DNA of 64,000 nucleotides, taken from contig JAQGDQ010000443.1 of NCBI GenBank assembly GCA_030141605.1, forward strand, positions 131,631-195,630, read 5' to 3'. Made by a program: the position numbers and the translations under genes. Each line of letters starts with the position of its first letter. The stretch's first letter is position 1. This DNA comes from Tubiluchus corallicola (taxonomy: Eukaryota; Animalia; Priapulida). Shown here piece by piece: positions 1 to 13,491 of this stretch. The notes under the pieces are model-generated. The model was not told the origin of the DNA, did no database searches, and was given only the letters and a program-made list of their open reading frames with translations.

Positions 1-329
1 GCACTAGAAACATTCGAGAACGTGTTAGAAACTTGGAGGCAGGGGCGGATTAAATTTTGATAGGCCCTCGGTGTCCCGAGATCATGACTAGATCATGCTA
101 CCTAGTAAACAGAATAACAAATTTATTAAAACTGAACTTGCTAAAGACAAATAGACCTATATTAAATTCATTAGTTCAATAATTTGAATATATTCGCGGC
201 ATTCAAAAAAAACGTTTCCCTAAAACTTGCAATCCTTCATCCTTGTAGAGGCATCTGTAAAAAGAGACCTACATTGTTTTGTAGCCCGGTTTCTCCTCTT
301 TTTAAAGAGCTGTAAATTTTCTTTCCTAG

Positions 330-499
330 ATGCCGGTAGGACGTTCTTTCCACACGATGTTCCTTGAATGTACAAAACATGGCGGTTTGGAGATTTTCCA
401 CCCGCCGTTCTAGAAAAACATTTTACTGGCATTTGGTTGGAACCGTGGAGAGAAAGTTATAACTCTTTAGATAGTGTAGAACAGGGGATACACGAAAAT
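330..499 (+). CDS. Candidate exon of an unidentified plus-strand gene (MYKTWRFGDFPPAVLEKHFTGIWLEPWRESY...HEN)
   Basis: ttttctttcctag acceptor and gtgagt donor. ATG at 368 is directly preceded by an in-frame TGA. No family recognised. Confidence 0.3.
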
Positions 500-3400
500 G
501 TGAGTTTGTTGATAGCTTTGGCCCGCGAAAACTTTAATCCAGTCCTGCTTGGAGGGCACAAAACACGCACGTTGGCAAATTTGAAAGCGTAAGACGCGTG
601 TGTCTGTGTGTTTAATCGTAAACTACGTGAAATTTAAGCTATTCTCAACGTTTTTCTACATTTAATTTGCTTAATACTAATTTTATATACAGTTCACACT
701 AACTATAGGGATCCTTGTACTTTCTAGACGTCCAATGTGTTATATAACAACATTCGATCAACTTGGCTTTGAAGCCACTAATTTCTTAGCCACTATAATG
801 GGGATGAGACCGATTCGAGATTAGCCCATCTCTCAATTACGGCAAATAAGCAATTATTGATTAATGAAGGCGCGGCTAGGAGTCTGATTTTCTTGACTTC
901 ATTTGACCACACCAATTGGCCAAAAGCCTCATCAGGAATTCAAATAAGAACAGAAACTTGTGAATGAAGTTGAAGTTTTCTGTAATATTTTAGCTTTATT
1001 TGCAGATACATTTGTTACAGTTTTACTAACCGATTAACTTTTAACCATAAAAGCCATTTTGAAGTAGCTAACTAGATCGTTATAAATGACCAGTCACTAA
1101 AATGTACGCACGTGAAACGCTTAAATGTCTTTTAGCGCAATAACGCAGTTCAGTGAAGACAGGCCTGTTTAGAAATCCTATAATGTTGCTTAATTGAAGT
1201 AACACAAAATATCGAGTTCGAATCCTACAAGGTGTTCCGAAAGAAACAACGTACTAACAAATTCTATAAGAATATCGATATTACACCACGTAAAGATCAG
1301 TATTTCTTTTTGGTACACTGTGCATTGTTACTAAGGAAATTTCGACGTTTGCCAACTTTATTTTCTGAAAAAATGGACTGTTATCTAAAATAAATGATTT
1401 AAGTCACTTCAGTTATATCATCTGTATATCTGTTTACTTCAATGAAAAATCAAAAAACGAATCATTATCACATGCCTATGATCTTTTATTTTGAGATGTT
1501 TTATTTGTTCATTTTATAGTCTATCAAGCGCAAGTTACTATATTTTAAAGCACTTGAAAATTTCAAAAACGATTAAGTTGTTTAAACAGGAAAACAGTCG
1601 AAAATGGTCCATCATTTAAATGAATACATCCATAGCAATTACGTTAATGTTACTGTCAATCGTAGACGCACAAGTAATCTAAAATTAAATAGACAGCGTG
1701 CAAAAAAGCTGATTCTAGACACGCAATGAATTCTAATTCAAAAGTAATGAATAAGATCAGTTGGATATCTTCAGTTTGCATATTGCTGTCATTTGAAATA
1801 GATGAAAGAAACGATTGTAAGGCGGATAGTCATCATACCAGGATCTTAGACACGTAATTGGTTAGCCTGGAATCTGATACGGCGGCAGATGCATTCTAAG
1901 CCTCGGGCGGTAAAATGAATACTGGTTAAAACGAGCTAACATTCCCAGATATTTTTGAAGCTATTGGAGAGAAATTTAGTTTTTTATATGCTGAAATAAA
2001 CTCTAAATCTAAACCTAAATCTAAAATAAACATGGTTTTTTGACCATTTCAAAAAAGGTAATGAATTTAATGAATTTTAATTTGATATTGATTATGAAAA
2101 TATTATATATGAGAAAATTGAAAGCATTTGGGTAGTGGTCCATTCACCTAAAATTCCAAACATCATTAACCCTGAAATCTAAATATTGGATATGCAATAA
2201 TGCAGGAGCTTTACTCCCTGACGTCAGTGGCAGCCTTAGCCTAGATATTTCAGGAACCGTACAAAATAGACTGTGATACCCCGCACCTTCTCCCCGCAGG
2301 GCCGCCACGGGAAATTTTGCAAGGCGGCACAAGACCCCTTTGGAACCCCGAGGCAGCCAAAGATTTTTCTCAAAATTCAGGATTCGATGTTCAGTAAATC
2401 TACATGTAAACTCGCAAATGCACTAGCTCCATGATTAGATATAACATAATGTAAGAACATATTCAATTACTGCTAACTATTACGCTAATTTACGCATCTA
2501 TGCATCAACCGCGGGCTATAGGTAGATACCGTTGGTGTTACCATATGTCTATAAAACCAGGACTACTAGAATTAATAATAAATACTAATAAAAAGAAGTA
2601 AATGTGGTGTGATAAGTACAGTGACGTTTGAGTGCAAGTGTATGTCGGGCTGGGGGTAGTAGAAAGTGCTTCTTTTCGAGGGGGAATGGGTACTGCAAGG
2701 TTGCTGTGGGCCCTTCTTAGCTCTTGGGCCCCGGAACAAAGTACCGGCTGGTCGCTTCTCTCTTAGGCCCTGCCTCCCCGGGTTTCTCTCACCGACACAA
2801 GTCGATTTCTTTTCGTTAGTCATTTTATTTTTATTTTAGAAGATTGTTAATAAGTGCATGACAATAAGCTGTATCACCTGTGACCAAATGCCACAGCCAA
2901 GCTGGTTAACAAGGCTTTATTACTATTACTACTTATATTATTAAAATTATTGTTAAATCCTTACACTTTGTCACAAGAGGCTTTATTATTTTTAATTAGG
3001 ATGTTCAAACAAACAACAAACGTGCGGATACAAAAACCTAAAAGATTTAAATATAAACAAAACTGATCATGTGATACAAAATAATTCAAGGGGATGTTCA
3101 CTTAGATCCCAAAATTTTTTTTACAAGAGCACTCACTGATAGGATAAAAAGTAACCATAATCTCAAGCTGTATGTTCGCAGAACGAACAAAAAAGGTTTT
3201 GGCTTTTCCTTCTCCAACCATGTTCTTCAAGTATGAAACTCCTTTCCCCAGTTAGGTAAATGATGCACCTTTGGTCACTGCAGGCAATTCTAAACTTTTC
3301 AAAAATAGATTGAATTTTTGAATTTTGATAAATGGCTTGCGCATGACTGGGGTATGTAAACAGCTTGTCTCTCCACACTTATACTTTTATTGTGTTATAG

Positions 3401-4111
3401 AAGTGAATGTGAAATAAAATGAAATAAGTAAAAATAAAATTAACGTTACTTTTTCAACGGTACGTTTTTTGCTAAATTTTCGGGCACCACGGTCCATACA
3501 CCCCTGGGCCCTGGCCGGCACTACTGATTTGCATCCTACATATTACCTTCTACTAGATAAAACGTTATACTGTCACGTGTGTCCATTTATTTCACGCCCC
3601 CGTAAATTTAGTGATGGAAACTGATTCAAATCACATACATCATTTCTGCCCTCTGACTGGCTAAATAACTTTCCTGACCTTTACAACGTTAAGTATGGTC
3701 ATTATGTATTCTTTCGGCTCCACGTTTCTGGTCGAGATCTACAACTGTCTGCTAAGACCACGCAGGAGCCTAGTGCACTAACGACGGTTAAAATATTTTA
3801 CTTTGTTAGGCTGTTTGTCAAATTAGGTAAATTACATGTATATTTCAGAAGTTCTCATTTCTTTCATAAATTTTCCAGTTAAGTAACTTAAATTACAAGC
3901 ATAAGCTAAGATTTAGTAAGGCTACCAAAATAATTTATTGGTAGGTTCTTGCAGTTTTTCACATTTAGCATAATGTAGTCTCATCATGTTTCGAATAGTT
4001 CAAAAATCTTATGCCTCGGATTGTTTTAGGACCTTGACAATTTCGTGTTTCAAAATATGAGTCCGCCATTTAGCGGCGAGCAGTTTATCTACTCCTAAAG
4101 CTTATATATAT

Positions 4112-4426
4112 TGTAACGGATCCGGGTTCCAGTGCGGGACCGTCTCAGGATGTATAGCGGCATACAAGTTATGAAGTACTACAGCAGACGAGAAAAATAA
4201 AAATAATACGAATGTAAAATAAACTTTAATGCACAACCACTAGCTCCATTACATGTGAACAGACTTGTATAAAAATCAGCAAACCTACAGCATTCCCCCT
4301 TACAGACAGACTCGTACTTAATTACGGCATGCATTCTGTTTTATACAGGTACAATTGCATTACTGGGCTTCTCAACCATACCCATTACTAACATTAGGCG
4401 GTTGGTCATAATCTGCCTTCGTAACA
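4112..4426 (-). repeat. 3' LTR
   Basis: Direct repeat of 5911-6225, followed on + by ctcccctcct (AGGAGGGGAG PPT on the minus strand, 4427-4436). Confidence 0.92.
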
Positions 4427-5368
4427 CTCCCCTCCTCAATTTCCATTTGTCCACAAATGAGTTACAGCAAATGCAATTAAATTTTACTCTAGAAAGTCAT
4501 TCAAAGCTGAGCAAATCAGTTTAACAAATTGAAACAAAGCTAAACAAATTTCTTTATCTGTACAAAAGGCAAAATGGTACCTGATACGAGTTTGTAGCTA
4601 TTACTACAACAAAAATAATCAAAAATTGTAAACAGCACTAGTACAAATATGTAAGCAAATCTATCCAGGTTTGTAACAGCATAAAACTGAAAACGGTGAG
4701 TTTCAATGATCTACTTCTTGTGAGTGCAGTGTAGCGCCATCTATCGAGACTGTCTCAAAAAACCATACAGTCAGTCTTTAAACAGAAACCAGTCTTTGCA
4801 CATCACGCTATCGGCAAAACAGGCCTTGAAACGAAAAAGCATTCTACTAGTTACTTCCGAGGCACTGAGACAACCTCTATGATGTGATACATTGAACAGT
4901 CTATAGAAGTTCTCCTAGGGCGTCGGTAGGGATTCGAACCATCTGTCTGCCAGGCGAAATAAAGTAGTTGCGATACTTGCGAAGGTGTAGGTACTCCAGC
5001 CATCTGCTAAAACAACTGTATTGTACTACTAGCCATAAACCATTTCTTTGACGGTACTGCATAACAGACTCGTGTAGCAATCGAAGTTTCGAACTTGGCT
5101 TTCCTGAGTAGACGAAATATGCATACTGACAAGCTTACTGCAACAGACTCGGCACATAAAGAGGAATAAAGATGAAACAAATTTACAAGCAAGGTACTGC
5201 TGTACAGCAACAACAGCAAAGTAGAGAAAAACGTTCTGGCTTTGACAAAAGCTACCGAAAACCGGTTCAAGTCTGACCAGTGACGTACAGTTAAAAAGAC
5301 GAGCATCAAGTGTTCACAACTGCATAATCTTAGCTAACTGAACACAACAGAGCCCTATGTTGAAAAGC

Positions 5369-5561
5369 GTGTTCTGGCATCTCTAGCCATTACGGAACAC
5401 TAAACTACCATTAAAAAACAGTGTTCTGGCATCCTAGCCATTACGGAACACTAAACTACCATTTAAAAACAGTGTTCTGGCATCCTAGCCATTACGGAAC
5501 ACTAAACTACCATTTAAAAACAGTGTTCTGGCATCCTAGCCATTACGGAACACTAAACTAC
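5369..5561. repeat. 51-bp tandem repeat, about 3.8 copies, inside the LTR element
   Basis: Unit gtgttctggcatcctagccattacggaacactaaactaccatttaaaaaca starting at 5369, 5421, 5472 and 5523. Confidence 0.97.
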
Positions 5562-5891
5562 GGTGACTCGCTATACATGCAAAGTGGCTGTACGTCGCCT
5601 ATTCCTAAATATTCGCCTCATTGGGAACTCGATAAAAACATAGAACTGTTTAAGCTAAGGCCGACGCTGCCTGTCGCAGAAAGGCTGTTCAATTGCCTTT
5701 CAACATAAAAGGTAAAAACACGAAACTGTCTACAAAAACACGCTGAGTAGTACAGACAAGCTGTCTGCCTAAAGCAAAATGCAGCACTCACCAAACCCAA
5801 TAATGTCGATCCATTCCAGGCGGTAATTTCGGATCCCACTTATGTGCATCAGTGTAACGGATCCGGGTTCCATTCCAAGCGGCAATTTCGG

Positions 5892-5909
5892 ATCCCACTT
5901 CTGACACCA
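5892..5909 (-). other. Primer-binding site TGGTGTCAGAAGTGGGAT (tRNA-Leu type)
   Basis: 18 nt starting TGG one base inside the LTR. Complementary to the 3' end of eukaryotic tRNA-Leu(CAA) as I recall it (...ATCCCACTTCTGACACCA). Confidence 0.85.
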
Positions 5910-5910
5910 G

Positions 5911-6221
5911 TGTAACGGATTCGGGTCCTTTCCAGGCACCGGTCCGTCTCCTCAGAATGTATAGAGCGGCAGACGAGAAAAGTAAAAAGAATACGAATGT
6001 AAAATAAACTTCAATGCACAACCAGTAGCTCCATTACATGTGAACAGACTTTTGTATAAAAATCAGCAAACCTACAACATTCCCCCTTACAGACAGAAAG
6101 GCCAGGTTGGAATCGTCAAATTACGGCATGCATTCTGTTTTATACAGGTGCATTTGCATTACTGGGCTTCTCAACCATACCCATTACTAACATTAGGGGG
6201 TTGGAGTTAATCTGCCTTCGT

Positions 6222-6225
<4 letters not shown>
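5911..6225 (-). repeat. 5' LTR
   Basis: Direct repeat of 4112-4426 with block differences; PBS adjacent. Confidence 0.92.
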
Positions 6226-6257
<32 letters not shown>

Positions 6258-7111
6258 GATTTATTTCGAGTTATTGTAATAGAACACATTCATTAGGTTA
6301 GTTACTTAAATAAATAACAAAAACGACATCGGTTAGTAATTAAAAAACTCACATTTTTACATAAATAAAGAGTACCATTAAGCAGCACACATTATACGAT
6401 ATTGAATTAATTTTATATTACGGGGTCACAAGTTATTCGCAACATAAATATTGTAGAATATCATTTAATTGCTGCTTGTCCAAAAAGGAAAAATCATTTC
6501 TGCTTAAATCGTTTAAAACATGTTGAACAAATGAAAGAGCGGTGCTTTGATCTCATGTAAGCTTTCTAGCATTCTTAGATATGAATATTTTAATTTTTAA
6601 ATAACCAAACTTTGTTAGTTACCATTATGCTTACATTTTAATAAATTGCAGATTGCAACCCAATGTTGACTGCACAAAATATTCTGCATTTCTCGCAAAA
6701 AAATCGCAAACGCATTACTGCTATTAAAACATGAAATAAATAATTTTAAAAATCTGATTTCAAACTGGGTGTTCGGATGGCAAATACATAATTTATAATT
6801 TATCGAGTAAAACATATTTAGAAAAGCCACCAGCATTACATACAAATTACCAAAAACAAGTGTAAAATGGTACACAACACTTTACAAAACATAAAAAACA
6901 ACATTACCATTCTTAACAATTAGTCAATATACAGTCGTTGGCATCTACTCCTAAAGCTTATTCAAGAATCTCGATCTAATTTCGCCGTTCCGCACGCTTG
7001 GATAATTTGATTAATTTGAAGGCATCAGGGGATTTTCAAATTAGACAAGTGAGAATTTTCTGTTTTATCTAGACTCAATCAAAACGTCGTCATCACGTGT
7101 CCGCTCAAGCA

Positions 7112-7294
7112 ATGGCGTTTGTGGTGGGGATTATCCTCGTTTACTTTCAAACTACGCATGCATCGGTCAAAGGCAAGTGTAAGCGACTGCAACGAGGTTG
7201 CTATAGACTTGGAATTTTTGCCTCGAAGTTTAGTCCTTATTCCAATTTTTGTGCTTCAAAAAAAAATTTGCTATATTTTACATTGCTACATTAA
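7112..7294 (+). CDS. Candidate signal-peptide-bearing small ORF or first coding exon (MAFVVGIILVYFQTTHAS...)
   Basis: Pyrimidine-rich acceptor ending at 7072 and GCAATGG start context. Hydrophobic N-terminus with T-H-A at -3..-1. Possible phase-1 donors at 7173 (GC) and 7179 (GT); otherwise an unspliced 60-aa ORF. Confidence 0.4.
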   Translation: MAFVVGIILVYFQTTHASVKGKCKRLQRGCYRLGIFASKFSPYSNFCASKKNLLYFTLLH

Positions 7295-9020
7295 TCTGCG
7301 AAGTTTGAATCATTAAAGATGAGAAGTTGGTATTCAGGCGCCATAATTAGTCTACATTATGGCAAAAGACAAAAGTCAGCGCTGGACAAAAGTGTAAAAA
7401 GTGTCTTGTCTCTTTCTAGTCTTCTTCCTACTTCTAGATGTGTTACATTAATTTCTTTTATGCAAAGTTCTCTAAACAAGATTGTAAGAACTAATGTGTA
7501 ATGTAACGTAGTACGTATAATTGTAGATAGTAATGTCAAAAATTAATTTTGAGAATAGAATAATGACAACTAAAACGGGAAGGAAAATGTAAGTTTTTAC
7601 TTCATCCTCTGCTTTTCCTGAGTGTATTTATTGCAATTTTATTGTTTTATACGTAGAATGTATTTTTATAAGAGCGTGTGTAAATTTATATATAATATGT
7701 AATAGTTTTAACTCAATGAACAAATAAATTGTAAGCCATCGAGAGTCGGAAGCAGCGAGTGAGAAAATAAGCAATTTATTTTATTTACAGAATCTTAATT
7801 CATTTCACAGATTGTATTGTACTACACGTGCATTGTTCTGCAATAATTATCCTTTTACAAGAAACTACAGAGTTCCGCCCAGAAGCATGCTAGATAACAT
7901 GCCTTAGCTAACATTTGTAGGTAGTGCAAATTGACATTATTAAACGAATTAGTACCTTCTGGATGGTGCGTCTCATTTGCTTATAACTTTATCGTAAAGA
8001 ATATCTGTTGAAGGGTCCTGGGGTGTGTGATTAAAGTTATAAAAAGGCTTAGTGCACAATATTAGGTAGCTATGCTCAGAGGTCCCAGGTTCCCTTTTGA
8101 ACTCGATGAGCTTTGCTGTCTTTCTACCTAAGCGTTTTGTCATTCCAAGGATTAGGCGCAATAACAGGTGGCAAACCAAAGTTTCATCGAGTTAAACTAC
8201 ATCTCATGTAAAGAGTGGGAATAAAGAGGGCAACGTCAGCAAAGAATCTAATCCAACATTTACACGACAGAAGATTTTCACTATTGACTAACTACAAATT
8301 AGAAGAGATCATAATTATAATCAATAATGCCTTAGCCTTGCGTCATAAAATGAAAGAAAGAAAAGAATAATTTGTGGTGTGGTTACATGAATGTATGAAT
8401 GCATAAAGCAAAAAGAAAACCAAACACTAAGTAAATGAATAAAGCTAATGGTTGTGTATAAAGTTAAGAGTTTAACAGCTTCATTATTTCGTGCAGAGAC
8501 AAGATATCGTCTGAGATCTATTGCTGCTTTGCATGGCACCAAATGGCTGATAGAAGGAAAACCTTGATCCATTGCGTGCATGCTTACTTCAGATAATGTC
8601 CTAAGCTGCCATAAATTAAGCAGAAATTTCAAACACAAACCACTAACCTCTCATCAATAACAGGCTTTAAGCGATTGAAATCAACTAGTTCCGTGAACCC
8701 GATTATCGATATTTAATCGATCCAAAAATAAACAAACAAATAAACACAGTTTACACAGCGTGTTACGAAACGCTGCTGCAGACTGTTGTAATATCAACAG
8801 CAAATAAGAGCTTTTGTATAGTAATGTTCATGTGCAAAAGTATCAGAAAAATTAAGACCCTTTTAAAAATAACAGACTTCCGTTTTTTTCCAATATCAAG
8901 ACATCAAAGTTATTTCAAAAATCATAACACTAATAATTATAACACAGAGAACATGTGACCTCTATCACTAAGCTTAACATGCGTACACATCTGGTAGTAG
9001 CAAAATCTTGGTGGTGGTTG

Positions 9021-10007
<987 letters not shown>

Positions 10008-10087
10008 TTTATTAGTGGTAGTAGTAGGTGGGTTGTGTTGACTATGCTGCTGCTGGCGGTGACGGTAGCGGTAGCGGCTTCAAGCAT

Positions 10088-11172
10088 ATAGTAAAAATGG
10101 CGCAAGAAAAAATGGCACAGGTAAAAATGGCACAGGAAACAATGGCACGAATGGAAAAGCAAGTAAACTGGCGCAGGAAAAAATGGCATAAATGGAAAAG
10201 TAGAAAAAATGGCAAATAGATTATATTGATGCAATTGATTTCTATAATAAAACTAGAAGGCGCTCATAGTAGGAAGCAGATCTCCGCCAAAGCCGAACAA
10301 ATCTAAACTTATTTGTCTGATTTTTTTTTATTAAAAAAATTAACACAGAGATTAAACAGGCAAACAAGCAAAAATGTGCCTGTACTGCTATTATGCAGAC
10401 CAGCAAAAGTCTCACAAATTATTTGTTCATTAAATAGATTTATATACAATAATGCGTGAATGTTCCACATAGTGTTTTTCTACATTTTTTTATATATTAA
10501 TTTTGTCAATGGTAATAGACTGACAAATATATACGTATTTGCATACCATAATAAACAAAGGTTATAGACATCGTTACTCAAACGAATATTTCTCGAAATG
10601 GAACTGGAACTTACTCATAGTACATTGTTTTTCCAGGTGGAGATAACAAAGAAGAAATACTAAACAAAAAATAAACATTCCTCTGATACCTCCACGAAGT
10701 GTTTTACGAGTGCTTTTTTGTACGTGGAGTTCGGTCAAGTTTTGCAAAAAAAATCGGCGAAAAGATTCGCATTTTGGCACCCAATACCCGCCTTCTGCAC
10801 AAAGTTTCATGGAAATCTACTATGTAGTTGTTGCCTAAAGGTTTACTGCCATAACAGACAAAAACAACCAAACAAACAGACAAATAAATAAACAAATTGT
10901 GTCGAAGCATAACTTTCTTGGCAGAGGCAAAAATAACTAAAATAATTACCCCGTCGTAATCTTAACCCTAAATCATATTTTACTAAGTGTGCCATTTTTA
11001 CCCACTTTTCCATTTGTGCAATTTTTCCTGTGCTGTTTTTACCATACCATTTTTTCCTCTGCCATTATCTCCTGTGCTATTTTTACCTACTCTTCCATTT
11101 GTGTCATTTTTTCCTGTGCCATTTTACCTACTTTTCCACTTGTGCCATTTTTACCTGCGTCACTTTACCTAT
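10088..11172. mobile_element. Fold-back element with inverted arrays of a ~15-bp unit (GGTAAAAATGGCACA)
   Basis: The array at 10088-10217 is the reverse complement of the array at 10988-11172. Confidence 0.8.
10251..10930 (-). mobile_element. Non-autonomous Helentron-type element (HINE-like) nested in the fold-back
   Basis: On the minus strand: CTCTGCCAAG near the 5' end, then a (TTTG/TCTG) microsatellite, an inverted partner TTGGCGGAG near the 3' end, and a CTAGTT terminus. Confidence 0.7.
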
Positions 11173-11277
11173 ATTCGTTATTTATTTCTTTTCGCGAATA
11201 TAACCATCGATGTTGTCTTCATAAGTCAATTTTTGCTGGTTAGACATGAAAGAAGTAATTAGACAGTTAAATTTAAA

Positions 11278-11500
11278 AGGAATTGCGCTAGGAATCCTCA
11301 TGAAAATGCAGCATGCTCCATTTTTACTAAGCGACAACATTTTTCATAAACAGGACGAACTTGTAGCAGGCGACAGAATTTCTCAAGTGGAAAACGCGTA
11401 GTACGAGTTCTCAGAAAGTATTGTTTCGTTTTCGTGACGTCAGCCGCGAGGAATTTTTCTTCCAGAATTTTTGATGCGCGTTTTGGTGTGAAATGACCCC
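11278..11500. mobile_element. Degenerate MITE fragment related to the 33207-33558 family
   Basis: Shares cagaatttctca, cgcgaggaattt and a gtgtgaaa..gaccc-like end. Confidence 0.4.
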
Positions 11501-13491
11501 AAGTACTTTGGGATGTGAGAAGTATGCAATAGCATAGGCCCATCATACTAAAACTTTTTAGAAAACATTTTTATCTGTGATGTGCGTTAATTATCCTGTT
11601 AAAAAGTGCAGCTTTACAAAGTAAAGTATGCCCCACTAACGGTAAAAAACCCAACTGCTACGTATCAGATGCAAAAAAACTGCTGAGATAATGAAAGATT
11701 TCGGTACGTCAAATCCTTGAAATTTCTATAGAAATTTGTAATCGATTGTTATTGATTATATTATTATATCGTGAATGACGTTATATTGATTGCTATTTGT
11801 AGAGTGACTAGGGTATTCCTGTAATTTAGTGACTGCCTTGGGTTGCTGATTGTTGCTCATTTGTGTTGTGTAGAATTACAATGGGTCATCTAACACTGCT
11901 TTTGATATGATGGTAAATGAGTTTTTGCTCGAACAATATCCTCGCTAAAGTTGACAGATTACTATCGCCAGCAGACATATTCACTTGCTTAACATCACTG
12001 CTTCTTGGTCAAACCATTTTTCATAATCGTATGGATGCTATTAATGTCTTTTATCGCCTTATAACTTTGATCAGTTTCCATTAACACTATAATCTGTTAA
12101 TTAAACTTGCCAAGACCTAGACGTGATCCCAAGGGGACGTCGACTATACAGCAGAAGTCAGTATTATGAGTTGAACTTTTTAACATTGCAGCTTCTTCTT
12201 CCGCAACTAACTGAAGTGGTTATTGGACATTGAGGTGGTCGTTGTTACGTATTCAAATACAAATGAAGCAAATGAGCTACTGAAATGCGTTGCTTCTAGT
12301 GGTAGTATTTCTAAGATACCTTCAAATTGTGAGACAAATGGACAAATAGGTATATACCTAGGAGTTTCTCCATATGATGCATACGATTTTTGCTTTAATA
12401 AGCATTTGTTGACGCATGTGTTTCTTGGCAAACCATGATCACAACTACTACTACTACCACAAACCTTGGCAAACAAGGGTTGAAGAAATAAAAAGTGCAA
12501 GCCCAGCTTAAACTTTTATTAAAACAGATAAAATAATTTGTAAAGTTTGTCACTATCACCTAATATAAATAGTTTTGGAAGTAGGATTAAACTGTTTAAC
12601 AAAATGCTCTCGAGGATAAAACAAGTAGTGTCACTGATAAACAAGAGCCTGGTGACAGTTATTATGTGAAAATTTTATAAAAACGTGTCAAAGTGTGACA
12701 CATATAGATTACATAACTAAATGTGATGATTGTAATTGTGATGTAAATGTGATGATACATTTTGATACACAGTCAGTAGTAGGCAAGTTTGAACCTCGCA
12801 GCAATTAATAGCTTGTGTTCTCAGCTTTCCAATCTGACGACGTACTTATTTTTTTGCAATTAATTACGAGAATATTATACTGTTATACCAATGGACAAAC
12901 TGAGCCCTAAATGCTCATTGTACTGCGTCAAACTAAGTTTATCATAACACTGTTAAAGTATGACTCCATGTGTTCGCACACGGCAACTGGAGAGATTGCA
13001 TGGTATTACATTGAAACTGATTGCGTACTTCAAGCAAAACATTCTACAGAAAGCAGCAAAAACAACATCTTGTGTACAATTGAATATCAAAAGTGGCAGA
13101 AAAGTTTGAAAAACTGACAGCAAATCGGAATACAGCATTTACAATGACGGGACGTACTCAATGTTGTTACCCTCAAAGGCGACACTTAAGCCTGGCTCAC
13201 ATGGTTCAAACTCTTTTTGCGTTTTTGAGTATGGATCTATCAGAATGATTTATTGAATCAACTTGCATCATTAAAGTCGAATTGACCTTTGTGGCGGTTC
13301 ACGGCATGACGCTATTTTGCGGATCGAATGTTTAAGGTTATGCTTAATACTTACTTAATTATGCCTTTTGAATGTCACTGTCAAATTAAATATTTTCACA
13401 AAGTAGCGTGAGCTGGGTTCCTTGATATGTCCAGATTTCTAGTCACGTTATTGTAGTTCGCTAAGCCAGGGTATATCACCTGGGGTTGGCA

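Larger units (their letters stand above)
4112..6225 (-). mobile_element. Non-autonomous LTR retrotransposon (Gypsy-like, TRIM/LARD-type)
   Basis: Two 315-bp LTRs (4112-4426 and 5911-6225) with TGT...ACA ends. PPT next to the left LTR, PBS next to the right LTR, ATAT on both sides within a (TA)n tract. About 1.5 kb of interior without recognisable gag/pol. Confidence 0.92.
4087..6961. mobile_element. Insertion bounded by a 19-bp direct repeat (probable TSD), hosting the LTR element
   Basis: ATCTACTCCTAAAGCTTAT at 4087-4105 and 6943-6961. On the minus strand the insert ends AATAAA-TCG-(TA)n. Confidence 0.65.

Noticed and set aside
2220-2780. GC-rich patches with GGGCCC/CAGGG motifs
   Set aside because: They are probably DNA-transposon relics, but I could not pair termini or find a TSD.
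5369-5561. CRISPR-like regular repeats (also 49740-50236 and 44648-44850)
   Set aside because: The units are head-to-tail with no unique spacers, there are no cas genes, and the context is eukaryotic.
12192-12500. Overlapping ORFs on both strands and a GRCYVF lectin-like word
   Set aside because: The lectin-like frame has several stops, there is no consistent exon phase with the 7112 exon, and no family is recognisable.
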